The position numbers were made by a program, and so were the translations under genes. The notes under the pieces were generated by a model, which did not search any database, was not told the origin of the DNA, and was given only the letters and a program-made list of their open reading frames with translations. A stretch of 63,896 nt of DNA, filler included, from Streblomastix strix (lineage: Eukaryota): NCBI GenBank assembly GCA_008636045.1. It is 3 parts of 3 records of this genome, joined end to end, with 100 filler letters (N's around TTAATTAATTAA, not from the genome) between each part and the next. Parts side by side here need not be neighbours in the genome. Positions count along the whole stretch, not along the records: positions 1 to 21,636 come from SNRW01000361.1; 2 more parts are not named here. One strand, written 5' to 3'. Positions within the stretch are counted from its first letter, which is position 1. Each line of letters opens with the position of its first letter. This document shows, piece by piece, positions 1 to 13,072 of the stretch.

Positions 1-85
1 ATGGTTCGGTAAATATACGCCACAAACGGCGATTCAACCGCTGATCTTCCCCATCAGCCAAAAAACTAGTGCTTATGAAAAACAT
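1..85 (-). CDS. Probable exon of a gene running off the left edge (MFFISTSFLADGEDQRLNRRLWRIFTEP...), product unknown
   Basis: GC-elevated open frame on the minus strand, preceded by 'ttacagcag', so either a start or a splice acceptor; truncated by the window edge. Confidence 0.4.
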   Translation of the reverse strand, partial: MFFISTSFLADGEDQRLNRRLWRIFTEP

Positions 86-3027
86 CTGCTGTAACACAAA
101 TATAAATATTCAAATTTTAGTAATATTTTATAAAAACTCAAATTATGTTTCAATTTCGTGCACGAATGACGAACTAAACCAAAAATATTTAAAAAAATGA
201 AATAATTTTGTATAATATAAAAATAAAAGTTGAAATATTTAAACAAAAGAAAATATTAAATAAATTCGAAATATATTTGAATTCGGAAGGCTATACAGCC
301 GGATATATACGTCATAAAAACTGCCTAAAATCGTGTGACGGCATGGGGAGCTAAGGACTTTCTCAAAATTCAAATTAGAATTTATTATGAAATAATTTTA
401 AACGGATATTATTTCATAAAATATTAAAGTTTGTAAATATGAAGTTTTTTTCTTTTTTTTCAATTCACCATAATATGATCACCATTTATAATCCATAAAT
501 CACTGATTGTATGGATAATTATAAAAGTAATAATTTAATACCACAAATTAGTAAAACAAAGGAGAAAATGCTCTTTTTCCTATAATTCCTATTGAATCTA
601 TCTTAACTCATCAATTATATCAAATACTGAAACATAAAAATTGACTTTATATAATAACTAGAAATAATTCCACATATTTTGTTGTAATCTTATAATTTTA
701 ACTTTTTTTATTTTTAAGAAAAAAGTCTTGTTACTCTCTAAACAACAAAATTTAAATTATTTAAATTTCATTATTCTAATATTTTATTATGTTAAATCAA
801 TTGTCGGATAAATTTTTACTTAATAAATCACATTTCAATGATGATCAGGATTTAATTATTTTTTTTAAGAAAAATTTTACGAATATCCAATTTTTTATTG
901 TTTTTTAACAGTTAATTTTATTTAAAATTAGATATTTAATATAAACAAAGCAAATCAGACTAAATTGATATAAACGTTGAAGACCATCTCCGAGCAATTT
1001 CAATTATTGATAAAAATAAAAACAAAAGATTACCAAATATTTTATGTTTTATTTTTCTTTTGTTAAATTAAATTTTTTATTTTTTTATTAGTTTAAAACT
1101 AGTAAAATACAATGTGTTGTAAACGCGTGAATAATAATTTTTTTAAATAATTCTATGAAAATTTTCTTGATATACATAATTTCAATAAATTAATTTCAAA
1201 AAAGTACATATTAATAAATTTTTCCCTCAAAAAATATATTAAAATTTATATTTAAAATATTTAAATTCTTAAATAATTTAAATAATTTTAAATAAATTTT
1301 AAATTAAGATCCATTTTTTAAAGGTTTTAATTTATTTTTTGATTTTGTGAAAATTTATATTGAATTTATGTAAATTATATCAATTAAATGAAAAAAAATA
1401 AAATTTAATTTTATTATTTAATCAAAGTTTTTCCTAATTTCTTGCTGCTCTTTGCATACATTAATGAGTTTGGTATCTGATTTATTTGAAATTAATTTAT
1501 TATCAGGCTCAAATTTAAATATTTTAATATTTTTATCCAAAATTTGGCAGCTAAACTGTAGGAAGGAAAACTTTGTCAAAATTAAAAAAAAAGCCATTTT
1601 GCGCTATTTATCATTGTTTTAAACATTGTTTTATAATATTAATTATAATTTTAATATTTTAAATCTGAAAATTTGAAAAATGTAGGAAATTATACTGGTT
1701 TGTCAAGTATCTTTTTTTACATCATTAAAGGCAAAAGTCATAAAAACGTATGATATTTTAATTTAAATTTAAATTTTAACTATATATTTTACTTATATAT
1801 ATTAATATAGTGACATTTGAACTATTGAATAATATAGCATTAAAAAGTTTCTTGCAAAAAATGTAGATAAATTTGGAGGAAAAAGAAACATTTACGTATA
1901 ATTCACGCAATAGATAATATAAAGTACACAAATATTTGCATAAAAAAAAATTTTTTAGTTTATCAATATTTTGTTGTTTAATACTTAGCCCCATATAAAT
2001 TCAGCATGAATTGATAGTATTTAGAAACGGGTCAATTATTCACTTCACATATTCATTTCACTTAAATTGAAATATGTATAATATAAATGACTCTATGATC
2101 TAAATAACTATAAAACATTATTTAAATTTAATGATTGGTTTGATTGAAATAACACGTAAAAGTGACCGCCTAACCGCCTAGGCGGTCGTAAGGCGGTGCT
2201 TCAGTTTGGTAGGCGTTTTTTGCGACGTATAGCCGGATGTTCGCAGATTAAAAAATTGGGGATCAAGCTTCAAATTACCAAAGTGTTAATGTGTGAGATT
2301 TTACAAATGATGTGTTTTAAATATAAAGCTAAATAATTTTTAAAGCTTCTCTAATCTTATTGTTAATGATGTGCATACGTATATCTTTTAATTAATTAAA
2401 CTTATTCAAGTCACCTTTTTTTAGATTCACTGTGCAGATGTGTGTTACTAATATTACTAACATATTTGTATTCAATATTATCATATACTATCAATCCGCC
2501 ACTAATTATACAATATAAACATCTGTATGTGCTACAAATGCCAGTTATTACAAATAAAACATAAGCAAACTAGAGTAGATGTAAATTTTTGTTATTTTAT
2601 TTTATAATATTGAACACACTAATTATATTCATCTATTTATCAGATAATGAACGATCATTTTGTATTTATAGAAAGTTTTTGTAAATTGAATTAAAACACA
2701 ATTTTACTAGCTAATGATGCATTAAATTTTCATATACATTTATTTTTCTTGATGATGAGAAGTTTATATGCTAAATTTAAAGTAATAATCAGTCTATATT
2801 GTAAAAATTTATAATAGAAAACCGGAAACAAAAATTTCCATCAATCATTTGCTCGAATATTAGCTTTTCAAACATACCATAAAAATAATTTCGTATTAAA
2901 TTTCTTTATTTTGACATTTAGCATATTTTCAATCACTCATTTAACTTTTATTCATTCTAATAATTGTTTTTCCTATATAATTGAATTTATTTTTTTTCCT
3001 ACATTTTTTTAAAAATTTCCATAAGCC

Positions 3028-6000
3028 ATGGATAGTGAAACAATTCAGACACTTATCTTGGATGGTCATCTGGTTGCAAATGATTAAGAAAAAGAGAAGC
3101 CATTTGAGACGGTTGTGAATGTTCTTAGCCCTATATATATGAGTAGAGTAATGACACGAAGTGATTAATTCGTTGCATTTGGCAAAAAGTGGCACATTGA
3201 AGCTTAATTATATTAAATTGATTATTAAAATATGGAAATTGGACTCTTCCTGCATTGCGATGTTTGTTTTGCTTTACTATGTATTTACAATTTATCCAAT
3301 ATTTATTTTTATATATAATTAGGATGCAAAGATTAAGGGTTCTAAATCGTAGGGAATCTATGCATTTACTATGAAGTTCGTTTGTGATGGAAATCCAACA
3401 CCCATAACAAGAGGTATATATACGATTCATTAATAATTATTATATGCACTAGTATATTTCTATTTTAAATTTCGCCGTATTTTAGATATTTTATCAATTA
3501 TTCTTATTTTCTCGCTGTGTCTTTATTAATAAATTTATTTTCAGATTTTTTCCATGAATATACATATGAAAATTCTGGTAATGGAAATAAAGGTATAATT
3601 GTGTACTATATAAATAATATAACAAACTAACTTTAATGAGAATATTTTTTATATAATTAATTTTATTAAAACCTTTATTAATATCAATTTATTCAGACAT
3701 GTTAGTGGGTTAGAATGTCTGGATTGGATCTGGATATGTCTAAAAAGATGGATAGGTGTAAATAAATATATAAAATATTCGATAATAATAATTGTTTTTT
3801 CATTTCTATAAAATTTAACATTAATTAATATTTCATATATAGTTATTTGATTTTATTTATTTATATCAATATTAAGATTATGATTGAAATTAATCTTAAA
3901 CGTTATTACAGAATAGAAGAACTCTAAATTGAGCTCCAATAGAATAATAGCCCAATACTTTTTGATGGCAATGATGAATAAGATTAATTAGAACTGGCTC
4001 TTTGAATGTGTGACTAATTTAATATACAATACGATTTGTTATTATTAAATTATACATATTTTTATATTTATGTTTAGATTTATATGCATATTATATAATT
4101 ATTATTATTATTTATTTTTTTTAAAAAAAATTAGGAGCTTAGATTAAAATTTTGTTCCACCTTAAAGTATGAATAAATTAACATCATATATATTAATTAG
4201 TAAGTAATATGAAATATTAATCATTTTTCCCCAATTTTGATTTTAATTTCATTTCTATGTTTGTATTATAGGGAAATTTGGAAAAAAAGAAGTAGTTGGA
4301 ATGGTGGGACTTATAAATCAGGTATAATAAATAAATAAATAAATAAGTTAATTATTAGAATAATATGTTAATAATTAATATATAAAAAAATAAAATATAT
4401 TATAAATTAATATAATATAAACTTAATTATTTCATATTGAAAATTTAATATTATTATATTTATTGTTTATTGCATATTTACTTAATCATTTATTATCCAT
4501 TATAGGGTGCAACTTGCTATATGAACTCAATTCTTCAATCGCTGTATCACATTCCATTGTTTAGATGGGTATGATATGTATTAATATTTAAATGTAGCAA
4601 TGAACTAAATTACACTCATTATATACAACAATAGTAAATTAATTATTTTTATATATGTTTTTATTATAATATCTACTAATAATAGTGCGTCTATCACATT
4701 CCAGTTAATAAATATAGAAAAGAATTTGAAAATAAACAGAAGGATAAAAAAAGAAAGAAAGAAACTGGAGGATATTTGATCTAAAATACAGAAATGATGG
4801 GAAAAGACAATAATAGTATGAATGAAAAATCAATAACTCAATTAAGTGAAGATTTATAGGAATAGAATTCACAATAATTGAACAAAAAGAAGATATTAAA
4901 TAAAATTCAAATGTCTGAAGCTCTTCAAAGATTGTTTTATGAACTGTAAATAAATAAGGAAAAGTTTGACATAAATATTATATATAAATAACTGAAATAC
5001 AAACATAAATAATATATATAATAAGTATAATATAAATTATTACTAATATAACCTCCTTTATTTGTTTATTTAGACTTTCATTATCTTATATTATTATTAT
5101 TCTTAACATAGAGTCAAAACAGAGGAACTAACTAAATCATTTGGATGGGGTTAAGGTGCTGCTTTTACTCAACACGATGCACAAGAGTTCTGTCAGGAAT
5201 TATTGAAGAAATTAACTGAATAAACAGATGTATGGAATTATATATGAAATATTGTATATGAAATATATAGATTATTTATTGAAGTAAATGTATAATAGAT
5301 AGTAATACTATGTAATATTTGAAAATTTTACTTATTATTATTATTATTATTATATTTATTATTCCAGAATACTTCCTTCCACAATTGCTTCAATAATTTG
5401 TTTGAAGTTCGTGTTCTTAGCTCAATCAAATCAATTGATAAAAATAATAATAAAATTGAAAAGGAATTAATAAAAGAAGAAGAAAATAATAATGAAAATT
5501 CAAAGGAATTAAAAGATGATTAATAATAAATAACGCCTGAAGTTTTAGACAATACATAAATGGATAAAGACATTATTGAAGAAGATTAGCAGAAGTAAAA
5601 ATAAGATATTGTTCAAAATATTTTTAAAGAAGATTTAATACAATCATCATCTTCTTCATCATCATAATAATTGCCTAATTAATCACCTCCTTAATAATCA
5701 ATATTATTTTCTCCATTTATATTAAATAACACTCCCCTATCATAATCTATATAATCATAATCAGATAATTCTATATCAACTTAACCAATCAATTTTGAAT
5801 CAGTTCATGAAGAGATACATTAGGAGATAAGCTTAACAGTTAAAGGCAATAATACTATTTATGATGCTTTGAATCAATTTACTGGGGAATGCCTGTTATA
5901 AGGAGATAATAAATATAATGCTGGGTAAGATATTGGTATTATAGATGCTAAGAAGGTATTGATAACAATTAATGCTATTTTATATATAAATCCAATTTTT

Positions 6001-9000
6001 TCTTATTATTTTAATTTTCATAATTTTTTTTAACTATATTTTTATGTGCAATATTCAGCAAGACTCAATAATTCATTTACCTCCAATATTGTAGTTCCAA
6101 CTAAACAGATGGGAAGTTAATCCAGAAACTCTCCAGCCTCAGAAGTTAGATTCTTCATTTGCGTTTCCTGTGGTATGAAATGTGAATATTATGGATATTT
6201 ATTATAATAACATACTAAAATATAGATAAAAGTTATATAATATATTTTATTTATGAAAATTTAATATAACGATAATATTTTTAATTACTTTATATATATT
6301 ACAACTACAATTCATTCATATCAGATCCTTCACATGAATAATTATATATCCAAACCCACTCCAGAATAAGAATCAAAGTTAATTAATGTTGAATATGAAT
6401 AATAAAAAGAAGAAATACATTAACTAAACATTGCAATAGAAAATGAATTTAATTCTGTATGTGAAATATTAAATGATGTTGAGAATGGATCGGATCTTGA
6501 TAGAGATGTTGATGAATAAGAAGGAATTGATTAATAGGATGAGAAATACCAATATTATGAGCAGCTAAATAATTAGAAAGTATTGATTGAAGAAAAAATG
6601 AATAAGTTGAATGATCAGATAAAGAAATAGAATTATCTTGGGCGGAAGATGAGAAGAATTGAAAGGAGAAAAGAAAAAGAAAGAAAATTAAGAAAAGATT
6701 TAAATGAAAAAGATAAATAATTATAATAAATTAATAAAAAATTTGAATAAAAGCCAAATCAGAATTTGATTTAACCTGACTATTCACAGCGTTTCAACTC
6801 ATTATTATAAAGAATTTTTGATTTAAATTAACATATTTCTGTTTTCTCGTCAATGTAATAAGTTAACTAACCAAAACTTTCATTATAATCAATTCCTAAT
6901 TTAATTTCATAACGCCAGGAAAAATCAAATATTTAATCTTCATCATAAATTTTAGATTCTTCTCCGTCTCTTATAGATAAATCATCTTCATCAAATGTAG
7001 ATTCATCTTCAACAAATTTATATTCATCTTCTTCAACAAATTTAGATTCATCCTCATCAATTTTAGATTCATCGTCATTTACCTTAAACCAAACTCTTGA
7101 TGATGGATACAGACAAATGTTCAAGTTTTGTTTGGGCAAAACAAGAATATCTCCTCCTGATCTGATTTAAGATGAAATTGAAGATAATTAATTATAGAAT
7201 AATTAAATAATAAATAAATTAACAAATAATAAGAAAAGCTAATTGATTAAAGATAATGATGATAAAAACAACATAGAACCTGAATAAGAAAGTGAAATTG
7301 AAGAATAACAGCCTGTGAATCCAGAAGAATATGATTATGTATTACATTCAGTGTGTATTCATTCTGGAGGAATAGAAGGTGGTCATTATTTTGTCTATAT
7401 TCGACCAAACCCACAGAATAATGATGAATAAATGAATAAAGAAATGGATATTGAGAAGATTAAAGAGAAGGAAAAAGATGACAATTAATCAGACAATTAA
7501 TAGCCAGATAAGATTAAGATTGATTCAGATAATAAAATTGAATAAATTAATGAGTAAAAAACCGCAGAATAGAAGAATAATTTGAATAAGAAAGATCCAC
7601 AGAAAAACAAATGGTACAAATTCGATGATTCTGCTGTTGCAGAAGTTACAGAGTACGAAGCAATAAATATGAATTTTGGTGGATTTGTACCAACACCAAA
7701 TAAACAGATTGTTAATATCACTGATATAGAAGGCAGTGTCACATCAGCTTATATGCTCGTTTATATACAGAAGAAATATGTAAATGATATTTTGCATTAT
7801 CCTGCATAATTGTTTGAAGAAGATGAATAAACTGAAAATAAAAATGAATAATAATAGCAAATAAGAAATTAATAAATGATATAAGATTTTGAACCTGATA
7901 ATATTAATAATAATTAAATAATCAAATTATCCTCCAAAATTGGCGTTCCAGAAGAAATAAAAAATGCTATAAAATTGCGCTAAAAAGAAGAATCGTAATA
8001 TTATATTCGCATTTTTACTACAAAATCAATAATAGAATCAAAAGGTGATATTTTAGGAATTAATAATGATGATTAATAATAATAATTTTAAAATTATCAA
8101 TAACAATAATAATTACAATAATAATAATAATAATCTTCTTCTTCATCTTCTTCATAATTTATCAATTAAGATTGGCTTTCCTTATAATAATCTTCATAGA
8201 TGTAACAACAACAAACACAATTTATTCCTCCAAACTCTTACTCACACATCAAACAAACAAATTTAGTATTTGATGAAACTAAGAGGTTGTCTTGCGAGAT
8301 ATCAGTTGATCCAGAAAATACCTTATTAACAGGGTTAAAGCAGCAAATATTCACTAACACTGGAATAAGCGTTGAGAATTAAAGGATTTGGTTTCTCTTA
8401 CCTGAAAGAAGAGATTACAAAGAGATTGAAAGAATAATTAGCGTCAATAACGCAACTGCAGGTAGAGATAAGGATCCTTTTTCTACAGAAGCTATAAATG
8501 ATGTAGAGGCTGAAACATTCGATGTTTATGACTTGTCAAATGATAACAAACCTTTGAATAGGGAAAATAATAGAATTAATTTAACTCCGTGCTATAAGAT
8601 TGAGGCTTTGTCGATATTGAACTAATTATTGAACACTGATCCTTCAGCTGCAGATATTTTTGATAATGAAACAAAGTCAATTAAAGAAATTTGGCAGAGC
8701 ATTATCGATCTAGTTGAAAAGGATTTATTATTTAGAAATGAATTAATTAAGCCCAAGTCAAAAGATGGAATTGGGTGCATGGAAAGCTAAAGAATGATTA
8801 TCCATATGTTTGTATAGGAAATTGAAGATATAAACAAGGATTAAGAAAAAGAGAAACAATAAGAATAAGAATCTTCAATGTAGAAAGAATAGAATAATAA
8901 TATAATATAATTATTATAATTAAACTTAAATGAAGAAACTATATAACCTGAAAAAATTATACATCATAAAGACATGGAAAAGATTTAATTAATCCAAGTT

Positions 9001-11545
9001 TGGAAATATGAATATAGTAGTTAAAATTAAAAGACAAATTAATATGTTTCATTCTTAGGATTAAAAACATTAATTTGTCAAAACGATTAACATATAGCAA
9101 TATTACACAACTGGATTTTGAATAAAGTCCAACAGAGAAGAATCATTAAAAAATAGAAACCAAAATATAAATAATATGCAATTGAAAAAGATAAAGAAAT
9201 TGAATAAGAAACTGGTAATAAACTCGCAGACGAATAAAAATAAGAAGATGAAGTTGAAGTTGAAGACGACATTGAGCAAATAATAGATAATATTAAACTA
9301 ACACTATATGGCTATGATGCATTCACTGGAAGAGCTTCTTACGAGATTCCGTGGAAGACAAGACTTGATTATTTAGGTAAATTAATAGTATTAATGAGAA
9401 ATGTAATTATAAATAATTTTTATGATATAATAACATTAATATTCAATTTGGCGTTATTTAAATAATATATTTTGAATAATATATGTAGGCAACAGAACAC
9501 TGCATACATTCATTGTTGAAGTCAATAGAAATGAAGATAAATAAGAAAAATAATAATAACAGAATAGCAGACTAACACAAAAGAAATAATCCGCACAGTA
9601 ATTCACTTATAAATCTATTCTTGATTGGTAAAAAGAATAAGATTAGAGAATCACTGTGTAATTGAAAGACATAGTAGAGGGAAAAGTATACCAATTATAA
9701 ATTTATTATTATTATTATTATAAATTAAATTTTATTATATAGAAAATTTAAGAATTAATAAATAAGATGATTTATATTTTTATTTTAATATTTTTGAACA
9801 TAGTAAAATGAAAATAATTATCAGATTCCTTTTAATAGAAATGATTATTAGTCAGCTGTAAGAGAAAAATTAGCAGCGGAAATAATGAAAAGAATTGAAA
9901 GAAAAAGATAATAAATATAGAATGGAATTGTATAATTGTAACTTCAAAGAAAAAAATTGAATGAAAATGTAGAATAGAATTAAAATGATAAATAAATCCA
10001 GTAGTAGTAGTAATAATCTTAACAATTATAATCTTAATAATCCAATACTTACCAAGTTATTCCAAATCGCATATAGCTCTTTACAGAATCAAAGGATTAA
10101 GTATAAATATATATTAACTAACTGATACCAGGTCAAATAGAAAGATCTCCTGTTACGTTAAAACCTTGGTGTTATTATTTATTAAAGAATGTTTATGTTA
10201 AAGATTATGTAGAAATTACAGGATTAAAAAAGATTGAAATTCCAATCAGACATGAAAATGTTTATCTTCACAAATTAGTAAATTCATCATTATTATATAT
10301 AAAAATAGATTCATAAAATGATCGTTAAAAAGATTGGCAATAAGTAATCTATAATCATTTATAAAAACAATAAAACAATTCGAACAGCGTTTATATAAAG
10401 ATGAGATTTTTGGTTCAGATAGTATTTCCGCCCTTTGTTAATCCTCTTCCATTATATTTCAAGTATTTGGAAGATGTTAGTGTGGAAGAAAATTATAAAT
10501 TATGTTCATTCAGAGTGAGAATGAATGAAGAAGGATTTATTGATAATGCTAATTAAAATAATAGTAATAATAACATTAACAATAATAATAGTTTAAATAT
10601 AAATAAAATAAACAATAATTAAGATTGGATGCTTGATTTGCTGTAACTATCAAAGAGAAGCTTAAATATCAAGAATGGAATTGCAAATTCTAATAAATTG
10701 CATGAGATAAAAATTAACAGAGATTTATAGAAAGATAATGATGGTCTTAATACTGGAGAAGATATCATTAATGAGGTCAAGAACAAATTAAATGAAAGAA
10801 TTTATAATAAATATAAAGTTAATAAAGAAGAAAATGATAAATATAATAAATAGAAAGCAATCTTATTAGCATAACAAGACAAAAGTGATTAAAATAAAGA
10901 AATTATCGTCAACAGAGCTTATCCTCTTCCTCCAATTAACTATTAGACTTTATTTTTATAGATATAATAATAAGAAGAATAAGAATAAGTCTTATAAATA
11001 GAAAATAACTAAATAGAAAATATTGGTGAATAATAGTAGTAATTATAATAAATTTTCAATATATTATCCTCTGATCAAGTTATATGCTATTAATAAAGAC
11101 TTCTGAAGGCAGCAATGCTTTTGTCAGACACATTTGAAATAAGTAATAATAACAATCAATAAAAACAAAATAGAATGCTAAAAGATAATAAGGACTAAAA
11201 TTTGGAGTAGGAAGAATAAGAAGAAAATAAATAAATCTTCGATAAACGCCAAATTATTGAAGAATTAATCTCTGATAACGATTTCATACTTCCATCTTTG
11301 TCATCTCTGAATCAGAAATTATCACTGAGGAATATTTTATCTGATTATTAGCTTCCATTTAGACTTTCCCTTTACTCACCTAAATTTGCTTCAAAATCAA
11401 GAATCATATTTGAAGAATAATTGAATAATAGAATGAATAATAGAAATAACATCACATGGAATGCTTTTGACTTGAAATAAGAAATAAAGAGCACTCAGGG
11501 TGAATTGAAAGTTGAGGTTAAATTTAATTACAAAATTTGTTTACT

Positions 11546-11642
<97 letters not shown>

Positions 11643-12721
11643 ATGTTTAAGAAATTATATAAAATTATATTTATATATTAATAATGTTCAATACATATTA
11701 TATTACTAATTTATTATTATTATTATTTTTAGCTTGTCCCATTTGACCAACTTCTTCATCTCAACCACAAATCCAACTAATCTACTTCTTTATCATAGAA
11801 CAATAAACGTGATATTCCTGTTTTCTACATTCCTCCATAAACTGTCCGACCAAAAGCCATCAACTTGATAAATATTACTTCATATAAATCTTCTTCATCT
11901 TCTTCTTTATCATCATCATCATCTCGTACTTAAAATGCAATTCCATAGTTAACACTATCACGTCCACAGAATTCATTCTTTGTTGAAATTGATGAGGTAA
12001 GAAAATTAATTTAATTTTTTATTTTATGTTATTTTAATTTTTTTTATTTAATTTCTTAATATTTTTATTTTATTTATTTATATAATAATTATATTATTTA
12101 TAGAGCGCAACACCATTGAAACTCGCTGAATAAATACTGCGCAATGTTGGTCATAAACTGAGATTCAACCAACTATACTCGTAAGATGCTTCATTTGATA
12201 ATCAATCTTTTCTTTAATTAAATCAGCTCTCTTCCAGATAAAAACAATCTAATTCACCTCCACCCATTCAATACACAAGCTCTTTCTAAAGATCCCAATC
12301 TTCGTTTAAATAACAATAATAATAACCTTATTCATAATCATCCTCTTCTCCATCACACATATATTCACCATCAATGCCCATCTCTCCAAATCAATCATAG
12401 TCTCCATATTCACAATATTCACTTTAATTGTCATAATCACCATCATCTACATTTATTCAGTCTTATAAGCCGCTTAATCTGTTCATTAGAACACGAATTG
12501 GGGATGTTTTGAATTTCAAGGATGTGCATGTTCTGTTGGATTAGGAATTGTAGAAAGAATAAACAGAAATGGATAAGGGAAATGTGAATGATAATGAAAC
12601 ATTGAGTTTGTTTGATATCCTTGAATGCGTTCTTGTTGAGATAAAAGAAGTAAAAATTGATTAAAGGGGATTATCATAACATGTTCCAAAAGCGAAATCA
12701 ATTGTCATACACAACAAATGA
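3028..12721 (+). CDS. USP7: USP7/HAUSP-like ubiquitin-specific protease (MATH-like N-terminus, USP catalytic domain, long C-terminal region), multi-exon
   Basis: With TAR=Gln: N-terminal FGKKWHIEA...IGLFLHC (MATH-like); Cys box GLINQ|GATCYMNSILQSLYHIP split by an intron (4310-4560); QHDAQEFC (~5170); His box HSGGIEGGHYFVYIRP (~7360-7405); KWYKFDDSAV; SAYMLVYI; ends ...KAKSIVIHNK-TGA at 12719-12721. Confidence 0.9.
6935..7080 (+). repeat. Coding minisatellite (~21-bp unit, SS[T/S]NLDS-like) inside the USP7-like gene
   Basis: Repeated tcttcaacaaatttagattca variants. Confidence 0.6.
11549..11633. repeat. (TA)n microsatellite in a USP7-like intron
   Basis: About 40 uninterrupted TA units. Confidence 0.95.
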
Positions 12722-13072
12722 GTATAAAATGATTCATTAAACACTACATGATCTTAGAATTTTAAGAGATTTTAGCTAATTTTTTATATTTGTTTTAGAT
12801 TTTATTTAATGTGGATTCGGAATCATTAAAAGATGTTATTTTCTTTTTATACCACCCCAATATAAGTGTCTCTCTTTTTTCTGGAATTTATTTACTCAAT
12901 ATTTGCAACAGTTTGTCTGTTTACATGTAATAAGTTAGATTGCCTTTTTAATACCGATAATAAATTTAATGGGGTGGAATATTTTATGTCCATTGTTTTG
13001 ATTTTTTTTAATAGTATTTAATTTCCAATTTGGTTTAAATTAGAAAAATCTAAAAATTCTGCAGACAGAACC

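Noticed and set aside
930..1040. Short exon-like frame QSKSDQIDINVEDHLRAISIIDK
   Set aside because: No start, consistent exon chain or recognisable motif could be built.
2163..2197. Similarity of the ccgcct motif to the ccgcctgcgg hairpins near 35508
   Set aside because: The match is only 6-9 bp and on different contigs; insufficient.
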